Source of the DNA: Azolla caroliniana
Taxonomy: Eukaryota; Plantae; Polypodiophyta
DNA: 64,000 nucleotides
Assembly: GCA_043228905.1 (NCBI GenBank)
Contig: JBHGNT010000010.1
Coordinates: forward strand, 2,232,001-2,296,000
Direction of reading: 5' to 3'
A program made the translations under genes and the position numbers. This document shows, piece by piece, positions 13,381 to 27,104 of the stretch. Every line of letters begins with the position of its first letter. Position 1 is the first letter of the stretch. The notes under the pieces were generated by a model. The model was not told the origin of the DNA. It saw only the letters and a list, made by a program, of their open reading frames with translations, and made no database searches.

Positions 13381-13591
13381 TACAACTGTGAGTGCATAGT
13401 GAACTTCGTTGAAGGTAACCACCAGCCGCCATTATGGCGCCCCCTCGCACCACGAGGTCTCGACCACCTGCCCGACGCCCTGAGCCAGTCGATGGAACTT
13501 CCGACTCGGCGATCACTGACCAATCCTTTCCCGAGCAATCAGAGGCTTCCCTAGTGCAATCCTCGCCACTGGACACTTGATCGCGAGTTGA

Positions 13592-16500
13592 TTGACCACC
13601 AAAACCCCCGCCGAGCCCTTCGGAGGTCAATCAACCGGAACTAAACCCTTTCCCGGTGCTACCAGAAGACCTAGAGTACGACATCATTCCGTACCCTTAC
13701 CCACGATACACCGACGGACCAGACGCGGAGTCACACATCCGTGCCTTCATATCCACGTGGCAGGCCAACCACTCAACGCACCGCCTCACGCCGGCCGAAA
13801 TCGATGCCTCAAAGATTGCCGAGTTCACACTCTCCCTCGATGGACCGGCTGCACGATGGTACTCTCGCCTCGAAATAGGAGAGGCCACCACTTTCCAAAT
13901 CGTGCGCACAAAGTTCCTTGAACTTTTTCATTGTGAGGTGCCTAAACGGGAACTGCTCCGGCAATTCTTCTCTATATGCCAAGAACCGCACGATACGGTC
14001 GTGCAGTTCACGATCCAGTTCCAGGATCTCTACAGACAAGTGGCCGATGATGTCTCGACACAACATATACCGGACACTTTCCTGTCCAGTTTACGAGAGC
14101 CTCTCCAAACGACTCTCGCAGTTACAAATTTCGCCAACCATACTATCGAACAAGTCATAGCGCGGGTTCTCGCCCTCGATCAGACCCAGCACGGCGCGGC
14201 CTTCTCGATGACATCCTTACAAAACGCTCTTCCCCAAGAGGACAATCACTTTCGCCAAGCTCTCTAATGCACGACGAGTTCAGGATCAGGGCACTTGGCC
14301 CTCGAACGTCCCCACCGACCACAGTGTCCGATCTGTCAGTCTCGAGCTCACACTATCGAGCAGTGCGAATATAATATGCTGAACCGCGCAACGGTGGCAC
14401 CGGTCCGCCAGATCGAGCCAAGAAATACATACTCTCGGCAGGACGAGCGATATGCCTACCGAGACCAGGATAATGACCGACCGCGATCCCCGGATCGACT
14501 GCGCCGAGACGACGACTACCGTCGTGATGACCGCCGTGATCACTATCGTGATGACCGGCACGACGATTATGCTCGATATGATGATGATCGCGATGACCGG
14601 TATGACCGACGGAACTCATGCAGTGATCGGCAAAACGGCAACCGCAACTCACGCAACAATAGAAGACATAATGACAACCACCGACGGGACGCTCCTCAAA
14701 ATGACCAGCGCAACTCCAACGCACCTCGGACCAACCCACCACCAAACGAGACTGGGAATCAACAGCAACAACTTCCACTCATAGACCGAGCGGACACCAG
14801 CAGCTCGGCCAACGTTACGTGTTTTAAATGTAACCAACCAGGCCACTACGCCACGCAATGTCCAACAACCGACCGTGGCAAGGCACCCGCGGTGAACAGT
14901 ATCATGGCCGATGTTCAAACCGTCACTACCCGGAGTAAAGCGTAGACTACACAATGGCAAATCCAGGATGAAGTCCGTCAGGCAGCAAAAGAATGGATCG
15001 ACACGGCCAATAAAAATAATGCCGTGCGCATGCAAACTGACATGAGAGACGGGCCCAGTGGAGCACCACAAACCTCGGTACCATCCAAGTCGTCGGAGGA
15101 CGACCAACTATGGGATGCTCTTACCAACTCTCGCATCTGACTGCCCCTACATAAGCTGTTACCACTCATGCCGAGATTTCGGGACACCCTGGCTGCACTC
15201 CAGGCCAATACTAAGCCCGTAACGCCACCGGTTCACCTCACCTCACCAGGCACAGGTCCACCACTCATGGATTCTCAGAACCCAGCCGTGAAAATCATCA
15301 TTAAAGGACAAGACTTGCACGGATGCATCATAGACGACGAATCTGGCGTAAACGTTATTAGCGAAACAACTTGTCACAACCTCGGCCTAAATCAATTTGA
15401 ACCGTGCCCCTTTTGGCTTCGGATGGCCGACACCCACTCTGTTCGCCCCATTGGTTTAATCCACCACCTCGACTTCACACTCGGAGGCCACATGTTCACA
15501 ATCTCGGCCGTCGTGCTAAGACTGGAGACCCAAGGCGCCTACCCAATGTTACTAGGTAGACCATGGTTGCGTATAGAGAATATCAAGTAGCATTGGCAAC
15601 ACAACATGATCTCGTTCCGACGAGGCAAGACAAAGGTCCAAATTATCACGGAAGAACGCGTCCCCGCGGTCCTCAACGCTTCGCCGTTATATGCGGAGGG
15701 GGTCCATATGCTTGACGGTTTGGCTGATGAGGAGGTCGATGAATTCCTAGATGATCATCCCACGATCATCCCTCTCTTCGAAATCAATGCCATACCAACC
15801 ATCGAGCCACCTAAAGACGAGGAAGTCACAGAGGAATCACCACCCCAAGATGAACTAGATCCAACCACAGTTGCCGAGCTACGCCATGCTCGGGATGCTT
15901 TTGAACGCGAACTTGCCATTTCACAACGAGTCAAAACATCAACCCTGGAAACAATAAACCTCGGCTCGGACGAGAATCCCCGTACGTTACAAATTGCCAA
16001 TAATCTACCAACCGGAGAACGGGCATCCCTCGTACGATTGCTCACCGACTACTAGGATGTTTTCGCTTGGTCTTACACCGATATGAAGGGGCTGGATCCT
16101 CAATACTACCAACATCAAATCCACCTCTTACCCGACACTCGGCCGGTTCAACAGAGGCGCTACAGGATGAACCCCAACTACACCGCTAAAGTCAAAGAGG
16201 AAATCGACAAACTACTTCGAGTGGGTTTCATTCGCCCTGTTAAACGGGCCACGTGGTTGAGCCCGATCGTAGTAGTCCCAAAGAAGAATGGAAAAATCCG
16301 CGTCTGCGTCGACTATCAGAAGCTTAACGCGGCAACAGTCACCGACGGTTTCCCTCTCCCCTTCACGGACAACGTCCTCGACACGGTAGCCGGCCACGAA
16401 TGCTACAGTTTCCTCGACGGGTTTAGGGGCTATAACCAGATAAGAATGCACCCGGAGGATCAGGAGAAAACTGCTTTCGTCACGGAATGGGGTGTTTTTG

Positions 16501-18808
16501 TAGCAGAAGTAATGATGTTTGGTCTAAAAACGGCGCCGACTACGTTCCAGCGCATCATCACTGAAATCTTTCATGACTACATCCCGGTGTTCATGCAAGT
16601 CTTTCTCGACAATTTCGCCGTGTATGGCCATCAACGGGAACACATGACCCAGTTACGACTCTTCCTAGACCGATGTTGCCAAGCTCGATTGAGTTTAAAC
16701 CCGGCGAAATGCGCGTTCTTAGTCACCAGCGGCAACCTTCTCGGCCACATTGTCAGTCAAGAAGGCATCGCTATGGACCTGGATAAAGTAAAGGCCATCC
16801 TGACCGCCTCCGCACCCTCGAACGCTAAGGCACTAAGCCGATTTTTGGGACAGATCCGGTGGCACAGCCGAATGATACGACACCTGGCCGATTTCGCGAC
16901 ACCTTTACACGCGACAATCCATCACCTTCCCTTCCAATGGACGTCAATCGAGGACACGACCTATCAGACCCTGAAACTAATGCCCTCACATGCCCCGGTG
17001 GTCTAGCCTCCGTTTCATGTCTTCGTAGATGCTTCGGACATCGCCATCGGAAGTGCCCTGATGCAATGCACACCCCCGAATTGGTATAGGCCCGTGTACT
17101 ACGCCAACCGACGGCTCTCGACCGCGGAAAAGAATTACTCCACCACTGAGCGGGAGGCCCTCGGTATGATTTATAGCATCAATAAATTCCGACATTACCT
17201 CTTTTGGGCCGGAAGTTTACCTTTCACGTGGATCACTCGGTCCTTCTTTATTTGGTCAATAAACAAGCCCTCACCGGACGGTTGGCTCGGTGGATGCTCC
17301 TACTCCAAGAGTTTGATTTCCAGATTCAGCATCGACTCGGGGTACAACACGCCGTCGCCGACTACTTAAGCCGTCTTGATTCAGGGGAACCGGCAAAAAC
17401 AACGTACGACGAGCTACCGGACGCTAGCCTATTTAACCTGACCACGATGCCCGAAGATAATGAAGATGAATGGATCACGGAGATGACCCATTTTCTCACT
17501 ACCGGTTTACCTCCCGAGCACATGCCCCTTGACACGAGAAAACGCCTAGCAGTGCGTAGCCGGAATTTTTGCCTCGTCTCGGACATTCTCTACCACAATG
17601 GCTCGAACGACATATGGCGCCGAGCGATTCGGCAATTCGAGAAGAACGCCGTTCTTCAGGAAGCCCACCAGGGAGTAGCTGGGGGGTAGTACGCTGGGGA
17701 TTCCACGGCAAGGAAAGTTTGGCAAAGCGGATTGTGGTGGCCGACAACGAAGAGAGACGCTCACGAGTTTTGCCGGCAGTGCGATTTGTGCCAACGATTG
17801 GGGCAACCAATGGAACAGTCACGCATGCCACACCAGCCGATTCTTCCGTTGGACCCATTTCAAAAATGGGGTTTGGATTTTGTAGGCCCTTTCAAACCAC
17901 CCCCGGCCCGTACAGGGAATAGGTATATTATCGTTGCCACGGACTACTGCACCAAATGGGTCGAGGCTAAGGCACTCCGAGACAACACGGCGGCATCGAC
18001 GGCTCAATTCGTGTACGAGCATCTTTGGTGCCATTACGGATGCCCAATTGAGCTCGTTAGTGACCAAGGTGGGCACTTCATCAATCATATAATACGTGAG
18101 CTTACACACCATTACGCGGTGGTATACAAGAAAAGCACACCATACTACCCGCAGGCGAACGGCTTGGCGGAATCAACCAATAAAATCCTCCAAACCATAC
18201 TGAAGAAGATCGTCAATGAAAACAGGACCGATTGGGATGACAAACTCCAGAGCGCGTTGTGGGCGTATCGTATGACTTTCAAAACAAGCATCCAATCAAC
18301 CCCCTTTCGAATGGCGTTTGGGTTAGAAGCCGTAATGCCCGTCGAGTTCCAAGTCCCGAGCCTCCGAGTTCAAATCAAAGCACGGCTCCTCGAGGCCCAA
18401 TCCGAGCAATACCGGCTGGAACAACTCCTCGAACTCGGCGAAGACAAGATAGAGAGTATGGCCCAGCTCGAACAACGCCAACGACAACGCAAGGCTTTCG
18501 TGGATCGACATCGAAACGGGCTGGAGAAGGAGCTCACCATCGGCAAACCGGTTCTTCTTTTTCAAACATGACTCGGGTCAATGCCGGGAAAATTAAGATT
18601 TCGGTGGACCGGTCCATTCTGGATTATTGACGAGTTCAACGAGACGTTCCAGCTCGGCACACTCGCCGGGGACACTGTCAAAAGCTGGGCCAATGGTTTC
18701 CGACTTCGACCATATCGAGGCACTACACCACCCAACCTGTTTACCGAGCCACACGACACAAACGAGTTTCGGGAGAGCCCCATGGAGGAGGCTATGTGTC
18801 CCCCTTAA
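13592..18808 (+). pseudogene. gag-pol: T gag-pol, degenerate
   Basis: gag 13656-14945 with CCHC knuckles; protease IIDDESG; RT MMFGLK and FLDN; RNase H EKNYSTTERE; integrase KWGLDF and NGLAE; WTGPF; several stops and frameshifts. Confidence 0.92.
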
Positions 18809-19324
18809 TAAGGACTCACCCACTTTTTGAAATTAATAAAGTAGGTAGGATTAACCATAGTTTAGCCGCCGATTAGCTACACCTACACCACCCACCTAGG
18901 CACCCACAATTTAGGAGCACCCCTAGCCACCTCTCATTTAGTACCTATTTAAGCACATGCAAAGCACTCGAAGCACCCCACTCACCTTCAGGACACGTGG
19001 CGCTAGTCACTTATTATGGCACCCACGACTTAGAATCTTCAGGATTCTCTTCGGGCACAAAACCCTAGGAGTAAGTTACTAAAACCGTTTCAAAAACGCA
19101 GCACATACACAGAAGTTCATTATCGCTTCCAACCTCCATCGCTCCCAAGCTCAGAAACCCCTTCTCGCTCTCATCGCTCTAAACGCTCTTGCTCTCAAGC
19201 CCTCTTTCGCTCTCATAGCCCCTTTGCCGAGCTTCCCCTTACTGTTGTTCCTCCTCTGTCTCACCCTCGCCTCATCACTCTTCCTCACTCTTCCACATAG
19301 TCAAACCCCGTCTCCATCTCCACC

Positions 19325-22300
19325 ATGCCTCTTACCGCTTCAACAGAAACCCGCGCCTGGCTCCAAGAACGAGGAATGGGCAGTTACCTGAAGATCATGG
19401 ATGCCCCCGCACACCCGGATGCCCAAGGAGTGGCTAAACGTATTTGTCCCGAAGCCATCACCAACAACGTGCTTCCGGCTGCTTTGGACCTACAACGGGG
19501 AGGGGACCATGAGGTCGACATACCCCCGACATCGAAGCTGAAAGAGTACTTCGATGAGTACTCAGCCTCAGGGAAGGCATATCGCACGTATGGCGGTCCC
19601 AACAGAGCTTTCGGGGAGATTGCTCGTATATTGATGGAGTATGTGTTCGTGCATACGAACCCGACGAGCATGCCGCAGAACAAGGCAACCATCATCATCA
19701 GCGCGTATGAAGGAAACAAAGTCGATTGGGGAATCATCACAGGCGAAGGAGTCCGCGCCACCTTAGCCTCATTCCAGTCAGGTAAGAAGATGTTGTCTGT
19801 TCTTACCCACTTTTTGATGGTTCTATACCCACCCTCTTCTCTTCCTTCCCCTCGGACACTCACGTCCCCACCACCACCACGAAGGTAGAGAGAGAAATTG
19901 GTTGCCATCAGCCACGAAGCATGGGAGGAGCCCACATCGCCTTCACCTCCTGCCGTCGACCAAAACCCCGCATCGGCACCACCACCCACCCAACCCCAAC
20001 AAAAACGGGCAGTTTCCAAGACCTACCAAGAATGGGAGGAGGAGATAGCCACGGAGGACAACACGGCAGACGATGTCACCATTCGACAGCCAACGTCGCG
20101 CCCCTCAGTAACTCCCCCAGGGCCTAGCCCACGCCCCAACACACAGCAGGCAACACCACCACGACCCCAGAAAAGGAAGCAGGCGGAGGAAACGACATGA
20201 CTGGCCCCGGAACCCCAAACCTAGCCGAGCAAGAGAAGACGACTCAACCGCGAGTCCTCGGCAGAACAGAAAGAGCCACAACAAGAGCAAGCCTTAGTTG
20301 TTAGCTAGAGCAACTTGGCCATCATCCCTGAGGAGGCATCGTTGAACCAGGGAAAGATCGAGCATGGGCAGACAACGCAGATCTCGGAGGATGAAGTCCT
20401 CGGTTATAAAGACCTCCCCGCGGAGGCTTACGAATTTAGTGCGCTCCTACGCCTCGGTACGACATTCGAGCTGGTCGACTTCCTCGCCAGAGCCCAAGTC
20501 GCGGCAGCCGCTCGAATGGCGGAAGAGCAAACCGAATAAAAAATGATTCAACGCGCACTATTAGGTGAAATTGAGCCCCAGGACGACAGGGCTTTACAAA
20601 AAATAGGGAGGAAGAAGCAGGCAAAACAGGCCGCTCTCCTCATGGAGGTCCCCTAGTTGAACACGGCCCTCATCGAGGCATATAGGGACCTGGATCACAC
20701 TACGCGGGCAGCCAAAGACATGGCCCGAAAGATAAAAACAACCCAAAAACAGGTTAAGGTGGCTACGGAATTATGGCACGCTGCGAAACAGAAACTAGCA
20801 GCATGGGAGCAAAACCGGCCGGAACAACAATTCTTGAGCCTTCCGGCCACGACCACCGAGGCCCTCCCAGCCCCTCCACGCATAACAATGATAGATAAAA
20901 GCACCGTCACGGATTCAATCATGACGATCCAGGCCAGCACACTAACAGACTCGTTACAAATGGTCGATGCCTGCACAACAACCCAGGTGGCCACGCCCAT
21001 GGAGAAGACCGAGATACCACCCCCTCGTCCACCCAAGGAGGTGGCAACCCAGACAGAACCCCCGCTCCGGGATTACCGAGCGGAGCTTAAAGAAGAACAA
21101 CGGCGGACCGAGAGACACGAACAACGACATCAAGAGGCCATGTCTCACTTAAAAGAAGAAGCTTCCAAATAGATGGCCGAAATTAGAGCCCATGCCGACC
21201 AAAGGATACACGAGCAGAACGAAGCACTGGGCCGGGTACAAGCGCAAGCCGCGGGCAAAGAAGCAGAACTCAAAACCAAGCTGGAGGAATACGCGGCCAC
21301 AATGGCAGAGAAAGAGAAGGAGGTCCTAGACCTACAGGCTGCGCTCGACAATGCGAAAGACTGGAACCACCGGCAGGAGGAAAGAAATCGCCAACGGGAG
21401 GAGAGAATGATCGCGGAAAATGCCGAGCTGCAGAGTTAGCGTACGACCCTTAAAGAAATGGCTGACGAGTTTTTCATCAAATGCAAGCTACTTTCGGAGC
21501 AAAAAGACGAATTATCTGATTCCTACTTCGCCCTACAAGAAGAGAGAATCGTCGAACGGGAACAAGTCTGGGCCGCGTGTCAAAAAGAATGGGAGAAAGC
21601 TACCGAAGAGCTCACCAAGCATTACAAGCAGTCTATCCAGCTCGTAACCGCGGACGCAAAGAACACTCAAGCCACCTATGAACTACTTGCAAAGAAGCTT
21701 CAGGCCGAGGTCAACGGCTTAAAAGAGGAATTGGCAGCCGTCCGAGCACAGCTCGGCATGGATGAGACACGCATCAGAATACTGATCGAGAAACAACGCG
21801 AACACCTAACCAAAAAGGTCGAGGAAACATTAAGTCGCGCAGGAGAAGAATGGGCAGCCCAAGCTACCTAATTGCATATTTTACGCGTCGACGCCGAGAA
21901 CCGACGGAAGGAGGGCCGCGGCTTTTACAAAATGGACGAAGCCAGCATACAAAACCTGCGTGCAGATTTAACCGAGGATTACCAGTCCTTGGCAAAATCT
22001 CACACCGTGGCAATCGAGCAAATACTGGAGGACTTCAATGACGATCAGATGTTGTTTCGACTGGAAGCAAAAGCCTTCGAACGAGAACGACTCACAGCCA
22101 TCCCAACCAGCCCTCCAATGGCCACAGAGCAGAAGGAAGAACCTCCCAGCGAGGGGATCACGGACACGGCACAGGAGGAACTCGCCCCGGCCAACAGACC
22201 TCTCGAGAACGCCCACACGGTACCAGATCCAGTCGAAGTAGAGGTCAGCGTACTCGAACCCACACCACCACCAGAAGAATCGGTCGCACCTGAGGCGGAC

Positions 22301-22420
22301 GCCCGAGAGGATATGACACCCTCGGACCAAACTCAACCCCCCGCACTGATAGTCCAACCAGACCACCCGGCCACCACCCCGGACCCCGAAAACATCCTCG
22401 ACATCTTAAAAGAGGAATGA
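19325..22420 (+). pseudogene. T accessory ORF (1,032 codons; globular N-terminus, Pro-rich linker, NLS-like motifs, long coiled coil, acidic tail)
   Basis: ORFs 19325-19888, 19898-20200, 20315-20539, 20657-21172, 21173-21439, 21458-21871 and 21872-22420 all lie in one frame, broken only by nine stop codons. Confidence 0.85.
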
Positions 22421-23622
22421 AACGAGGATCACGCCTAAAAGGCAATTTTTGTAATGTTGTTAGTATTTTGTAAGTCGTGGGTCCGACGAACAAGGTCCTG
22501 TCCCACGGGCGTGGCAGGTGTTGTCCATAGGATAGAAATGTAAAATTAGGAAATTAGCAAATGACGGTAGTGTAACCGAGTAGGAAAGAACGCCAGCGAG
22601 CGCTAAGTCCGAGTATCACGGGCCACCGACGGCTCGGTTGTGTATTAGGGGAAACGTTATTTAAACGAGGTCCAGTACCTCAGAGCGGAGGCAGAAAATA
22701 TAGGCGGAAGCACTAGCTTAGTCCATCGTAACTAGATAATCCTGTAAGGTCACCGGTGTCGAGGTATTACACAAGTGCGTGTGGAAACGAGGCGGGACCG
22801 CGGGGGCCTCGAACCAAAGAGCAAGCGAGGGAGGAGAAAGAGGGAGAACCGGCTACGCAGGACCGGGGATACACAGGGACACGACCCTTCAGCACGGAGA
22901 ACGCGAACAGACACCGGCACAGACAGATGCGAATGACTAAATATGTATATTAAGAAAAATGGCTAGCACGACTACAACCCCCGATGGGGCACAGGTTGGT
23001 CGCAACCGAACAGGCCGGCGAACAGATGCCGATGCCTGTTCGCTTCAACGCACAAAGGGGGGGTAGCAGGTCGGAGGTGCTGCCGGAAGCACTCGGGCGT
23101 TCCTCGAAACAGCGCGAGCCTCCTCGGAACTCTGCACAGAAAGCTATGGAGCTCAAGAAGGAAGGAAACAGAGAGTGAAGCGTCCAGAAACGGTCCGACA
23201 GCACTTCCTCCTCTCTGCGCGATCCCCTTTTTACAGCTCTTTCCTGTTCCTTATATATCTCGACGAGCAGGCCGTCATGTCAGCTTTATCCCCTGTCCCT
23301 TTCGAACAGGGATCCGCTCCGTTCTTCACGCATACGCGTAGTTACGCCGCCGACTCGTGCCGTCCCTTAGCTCGCGCGCGCGACCGAAAAGACTGTTCGC
23401 GCGGTCTTTGTCTCCAGTCGTGTTAGGGCCCGTTCCTGCCGAATATCCTCCTAACTCGCTTCTATGTTCGACTTGGAGCGTGCGCGCGTGAGGAACCGGT
23501 TCCCACGCCTTGGTCTGCCGATTCCGCTTATGGACGGTTTTCTTCACGACATCCGCCCCCACCTAACCGCGCATCCTCCGGTATGCGCCAAGAAAGTTGG
23601 GACGGAGAAAACCGGCCCGTCT

Positions 23623-26600
23623 TCATTCCTCGCCCGTCGGTTCTTCCTCGTTTTCGGATCGTTCGTCACTGCTAACCAGGAGAGCCGGGTCTGGCTCGTC
23701 GTCGTGTCGCTTCTTGAACGCCTTGATCCGCTTCCCTGCAACCGGTATCGCCATTCTCGTGCCGTCGAGTTCCGCCAGGTGATATGTCCCGTTGTCATTG
23801 GCGCTCCGTACCACGTAAGGCCCGAACCACCTTCGTGCGAACTTCCGTGTAGCTCGGTGCTGGTTGTCGAGGCTGCTGTCGTAGACGAGCACCCAGTCAC
23901 CTTCTTCGATTTTCTTCGGTCGGAGCCGGTGCGTTCGGTCGAACCTGGCTTTGTTCTTTTTCCTCGCCACCCGGAGCTTCTCCGCAGCCAGTTCCACGTC
24001 CTCCGGTCTCCGCTCGAGCTGTCGTATGCGCGCGGCCAACAACTCCTCCCGGCTCATCTCGTCCCTCCAGTCGACCGTTGCCCACGAGGAGATAGCCCGT
24101 TCTATCGGCATGATCGGCTTCTGGCCGAACATGAGCTCCGTCGGCATGTACCCGGTTACCGAACTGTGCGTGGTCCGGTCTGCCCACAAAGCATAAGGTA
24201 GCAGCCGCGGCCAGTCACCGACTCGGCCTCCGCATGCCCGAACCAACGCCTTGACGATCGGTCCGTGTCCGCGCTCCACCTTTCCATTCGCCTCCGGATT
24301 GTACGCAGTGGTGAGCGAGAGCTTGACTCCCAGCCGGCCGAACAGCTCCGCGGCTTCTTCGGCGTCCAACTCCCCTCGGTCAGCCACGATCTTCCCGACG
24401 CACCCGTACCGGCATATCACGTCCTCGATTAGGAACCGGCATACGGCCGCGGTCGTTTTGTTCGGAAGGGCCCGACCTTCCACCTGGTTCGTCAGATCCT
24501 CCCGCGCTAGGACCAGGTACCGCATCTGTCCTACCCCCATTGGCATCGTCACCAGATCTACCATCCATTTGAAGTGGATGGTCGGAGGGTACGTGGGGTG
24601 AAGCTCGTCCCGATGTCGGACTATGGAGTGCATCTGACAGCTCTCGCAAGTTGTCACGAACCGATGCACGTCCCGGTACTGCCCCGGCCACCAATACTTC
24701 CCCTTCAGTTTCTCAAACGTAGCCCATGTTCCACGGTGTCCAGCCCAAGGGCTGTCGTGGTAGGCCGTCAGCAGCTCCTCCTGTTCTTCCTTCATCGCCA
24801 CCACCCGGAGCGGAGCGCCGTCCTTCTTCTTCGGGTGCTTCCATAGATAGCCATCCCGGAGAAAGAACCGGTACGCTTTCTTCCGGATCCGGTTGGCCTC
24901 GTCCTTCGTCCATGACGCATCGGGCGTCATTGTCTTCAAAAACCCACCGATCTGCAGCCACTCCCCGTCGTACTTGCTCGCGTCGAAGTCGTTAAGCGCC
25001 GGAGTGCTTGTTCCGTCGGTTGTTACATACGCAGTCTCGAAGAAGTCCACGCCGACGTCTTCGTCCTCCGAAACCATGCCGCCCTCGTCATCGAATCTCG
25101 CCCTTGAAAGCATGTCGGCCATGGCGTTGTCTTTCCCGGAAATGTGTCGTATTTCCGGGTCCAGGGACTTGATGTACGCTATCCACCTGAGCATTGCCAG
25201 GTCCGGCGTCGCGCATCCGGAAATCATGCCGAGAATCGGCATGCAATCCGTCTCTATGATTACCTCTGTCCCGATCAGATAGTCCTTGTCGGCCTTCACC
25301 GCCGAAACGATACCCCAGAGTTCGCGTTTAACCTGGGCGTATCCTCGCTGCCGTTCGCTGAGGACCTTCGCGCCGAATCGGATCGGAAACCGATTGCCGT
25401 CCTCGTCTTCTTGGTTGACGACCCACCCGATTCCGGTCGGACTCGTGTCAACCGTTATGTACACTGGGGTGCCCTTCCTGTAGACGGCCTTTCGGAGCGC
25501 CGGTGCTGCCGAAAGAGCCTCCTTCAGCTTCCGGACCGACTCCGTGTGCTTGTCTAGCCATTCGAATCTTCGCCCTTTCTTCAATAATCCGTACAGCGGC
25601 TCCGCGACGTGCGCGTAATGCGGGATCCATATGTGGTAGAAGGCGCATGCCCCCAAGAATCTTCGTACTTCCGTGACCGAGCTGCAATCAGGCTTCATCG
25701 CGGAGATGGCTTCTATCTTTGCCGGATACGGTCTCCGGCCATATGGTCCACATAAATGTCCGACCACCATGATTTCCGACTGCCCGAAGGCTGACTTCTC
25801 CCCCGAGAAGGTGAGCCTCGCATCCTCTAGCCTTTGCAGCACCTTCTCGCAGTCGTCGATGTGCGTTACCACGAATCGCCGGCATCCGTCCGGCCCGATC
25901 GTCTTGTCCTTCTCTTCTACCGGGCATCCCTTGATCGGGATGTCGTCTAGAAACGGCATGGTGATGTCCGGGATGCAGTCCCTCAGCACCTTGTTCATTG
26001 CATTCACCATGTGCGCCACCGAGTTGGTCCCTCCTTGCGGCAGCGTACACATCCGCACTAGGCCGAGGGGAGTTCGCATCGTCGTAATGTCTCTGCTCTC
26101 CACGGCTAGCTGGAACTGGTCGTACCCTGAATATAGATCACCGACCGAGTAAATCGACCTTCCGGCGAAGGCCTCCGCGAACTCATCTATGGTCGGTCCG
26201 ATCCCTGCGTTCCGAATGGTCACCCTATTGACCGGTTGCAGGTCCTGAATGAAGCGCAATGATCCGTTTTTCTTTGGTACGGTAAACCACCGGTTCGAGT
26301 ACGGGGCGCTCGACGGCTCAAGAATGCCCATATCAACTTTCTGCTTCAACAGCTCCATCAACTTCGGGATGTGAGCTCTCGGAACCGGAATTGGCTTGAG
26401 ATTCCACGGTACATGCGGTACCGTGAATATCACCATCGGCTCTACGATCGTCGGGTCTACGCACCCGATTTCCTCCGGTGAGAATGTGAAGGCTTTCCCG
26501 CGCCTTCCGAGCATCCTCCGAAACCGGTCTTCCTCCACCGGCAGTAGGAACCCGCCCCCACCGATCTTCAGCTCGCGGAGCGTCTCGTTGGTGAAGGTGT

Positions 26601-27104
26601 GTCCTATGCAGGCCGGATCCCGTAAGCTGGGGTCCGATGCAACCCCTTTGATTCGGGATTCGCTGCCCTCCGGTAGGGGCGCCGCAACTGGCCTCACCTT
26701 CCGGTCCACAGTCTTGTACTTGGTGCTAACTCGGGCCGTCCGTTCCGACTCGAGCCCTCGACCGAAGTCCGCGATGACTTCGTACATTTCTTCTGAACAT
26801 ACCGGTATCGCCCGGTCCTCGATAAGGTCTTCTTCGACTACCCTCCCCAGCATTCCCAAGGTGTCGTCGAAGGAGACTGCCTCCACGGCTCCGTTGATTT
26901 CTTCGTCAGGGCCGAGAACTCCGCACGCCCGAAGTCTCCCCTCCGTCTTTGTTTTCTCTCGGCCGGCGATGCCGACCAACGTACATGCTCCGCTGTCGGA
27001 GAAGCAAAATTTCCTACCTATTGTACACGGTTTTATCGTACAGATGTGGGGTTTTCCCGGAGCATCCGGACTGTCGCGGCCCCACGCCTTGGCAGTCCTC
27101 TCTA
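23623..27104 (-). CDS. pol: A2 Pol (RT-RNase H-integrase), -1 frame relative to gag-pro
   Basis: Open for more than 1,118 aa and extends up to the gag stop; RT LPQGGTNS and FLDD; RNase H; HHCC-DDE integrase; GPY; no chromodomain. Confidence 0.93.

Noticed and set aside
19325-22420. Calling the T accessory ORF env
   Set aside because: The position fits, but no signal peptide or convincing transmembrane segment is visible
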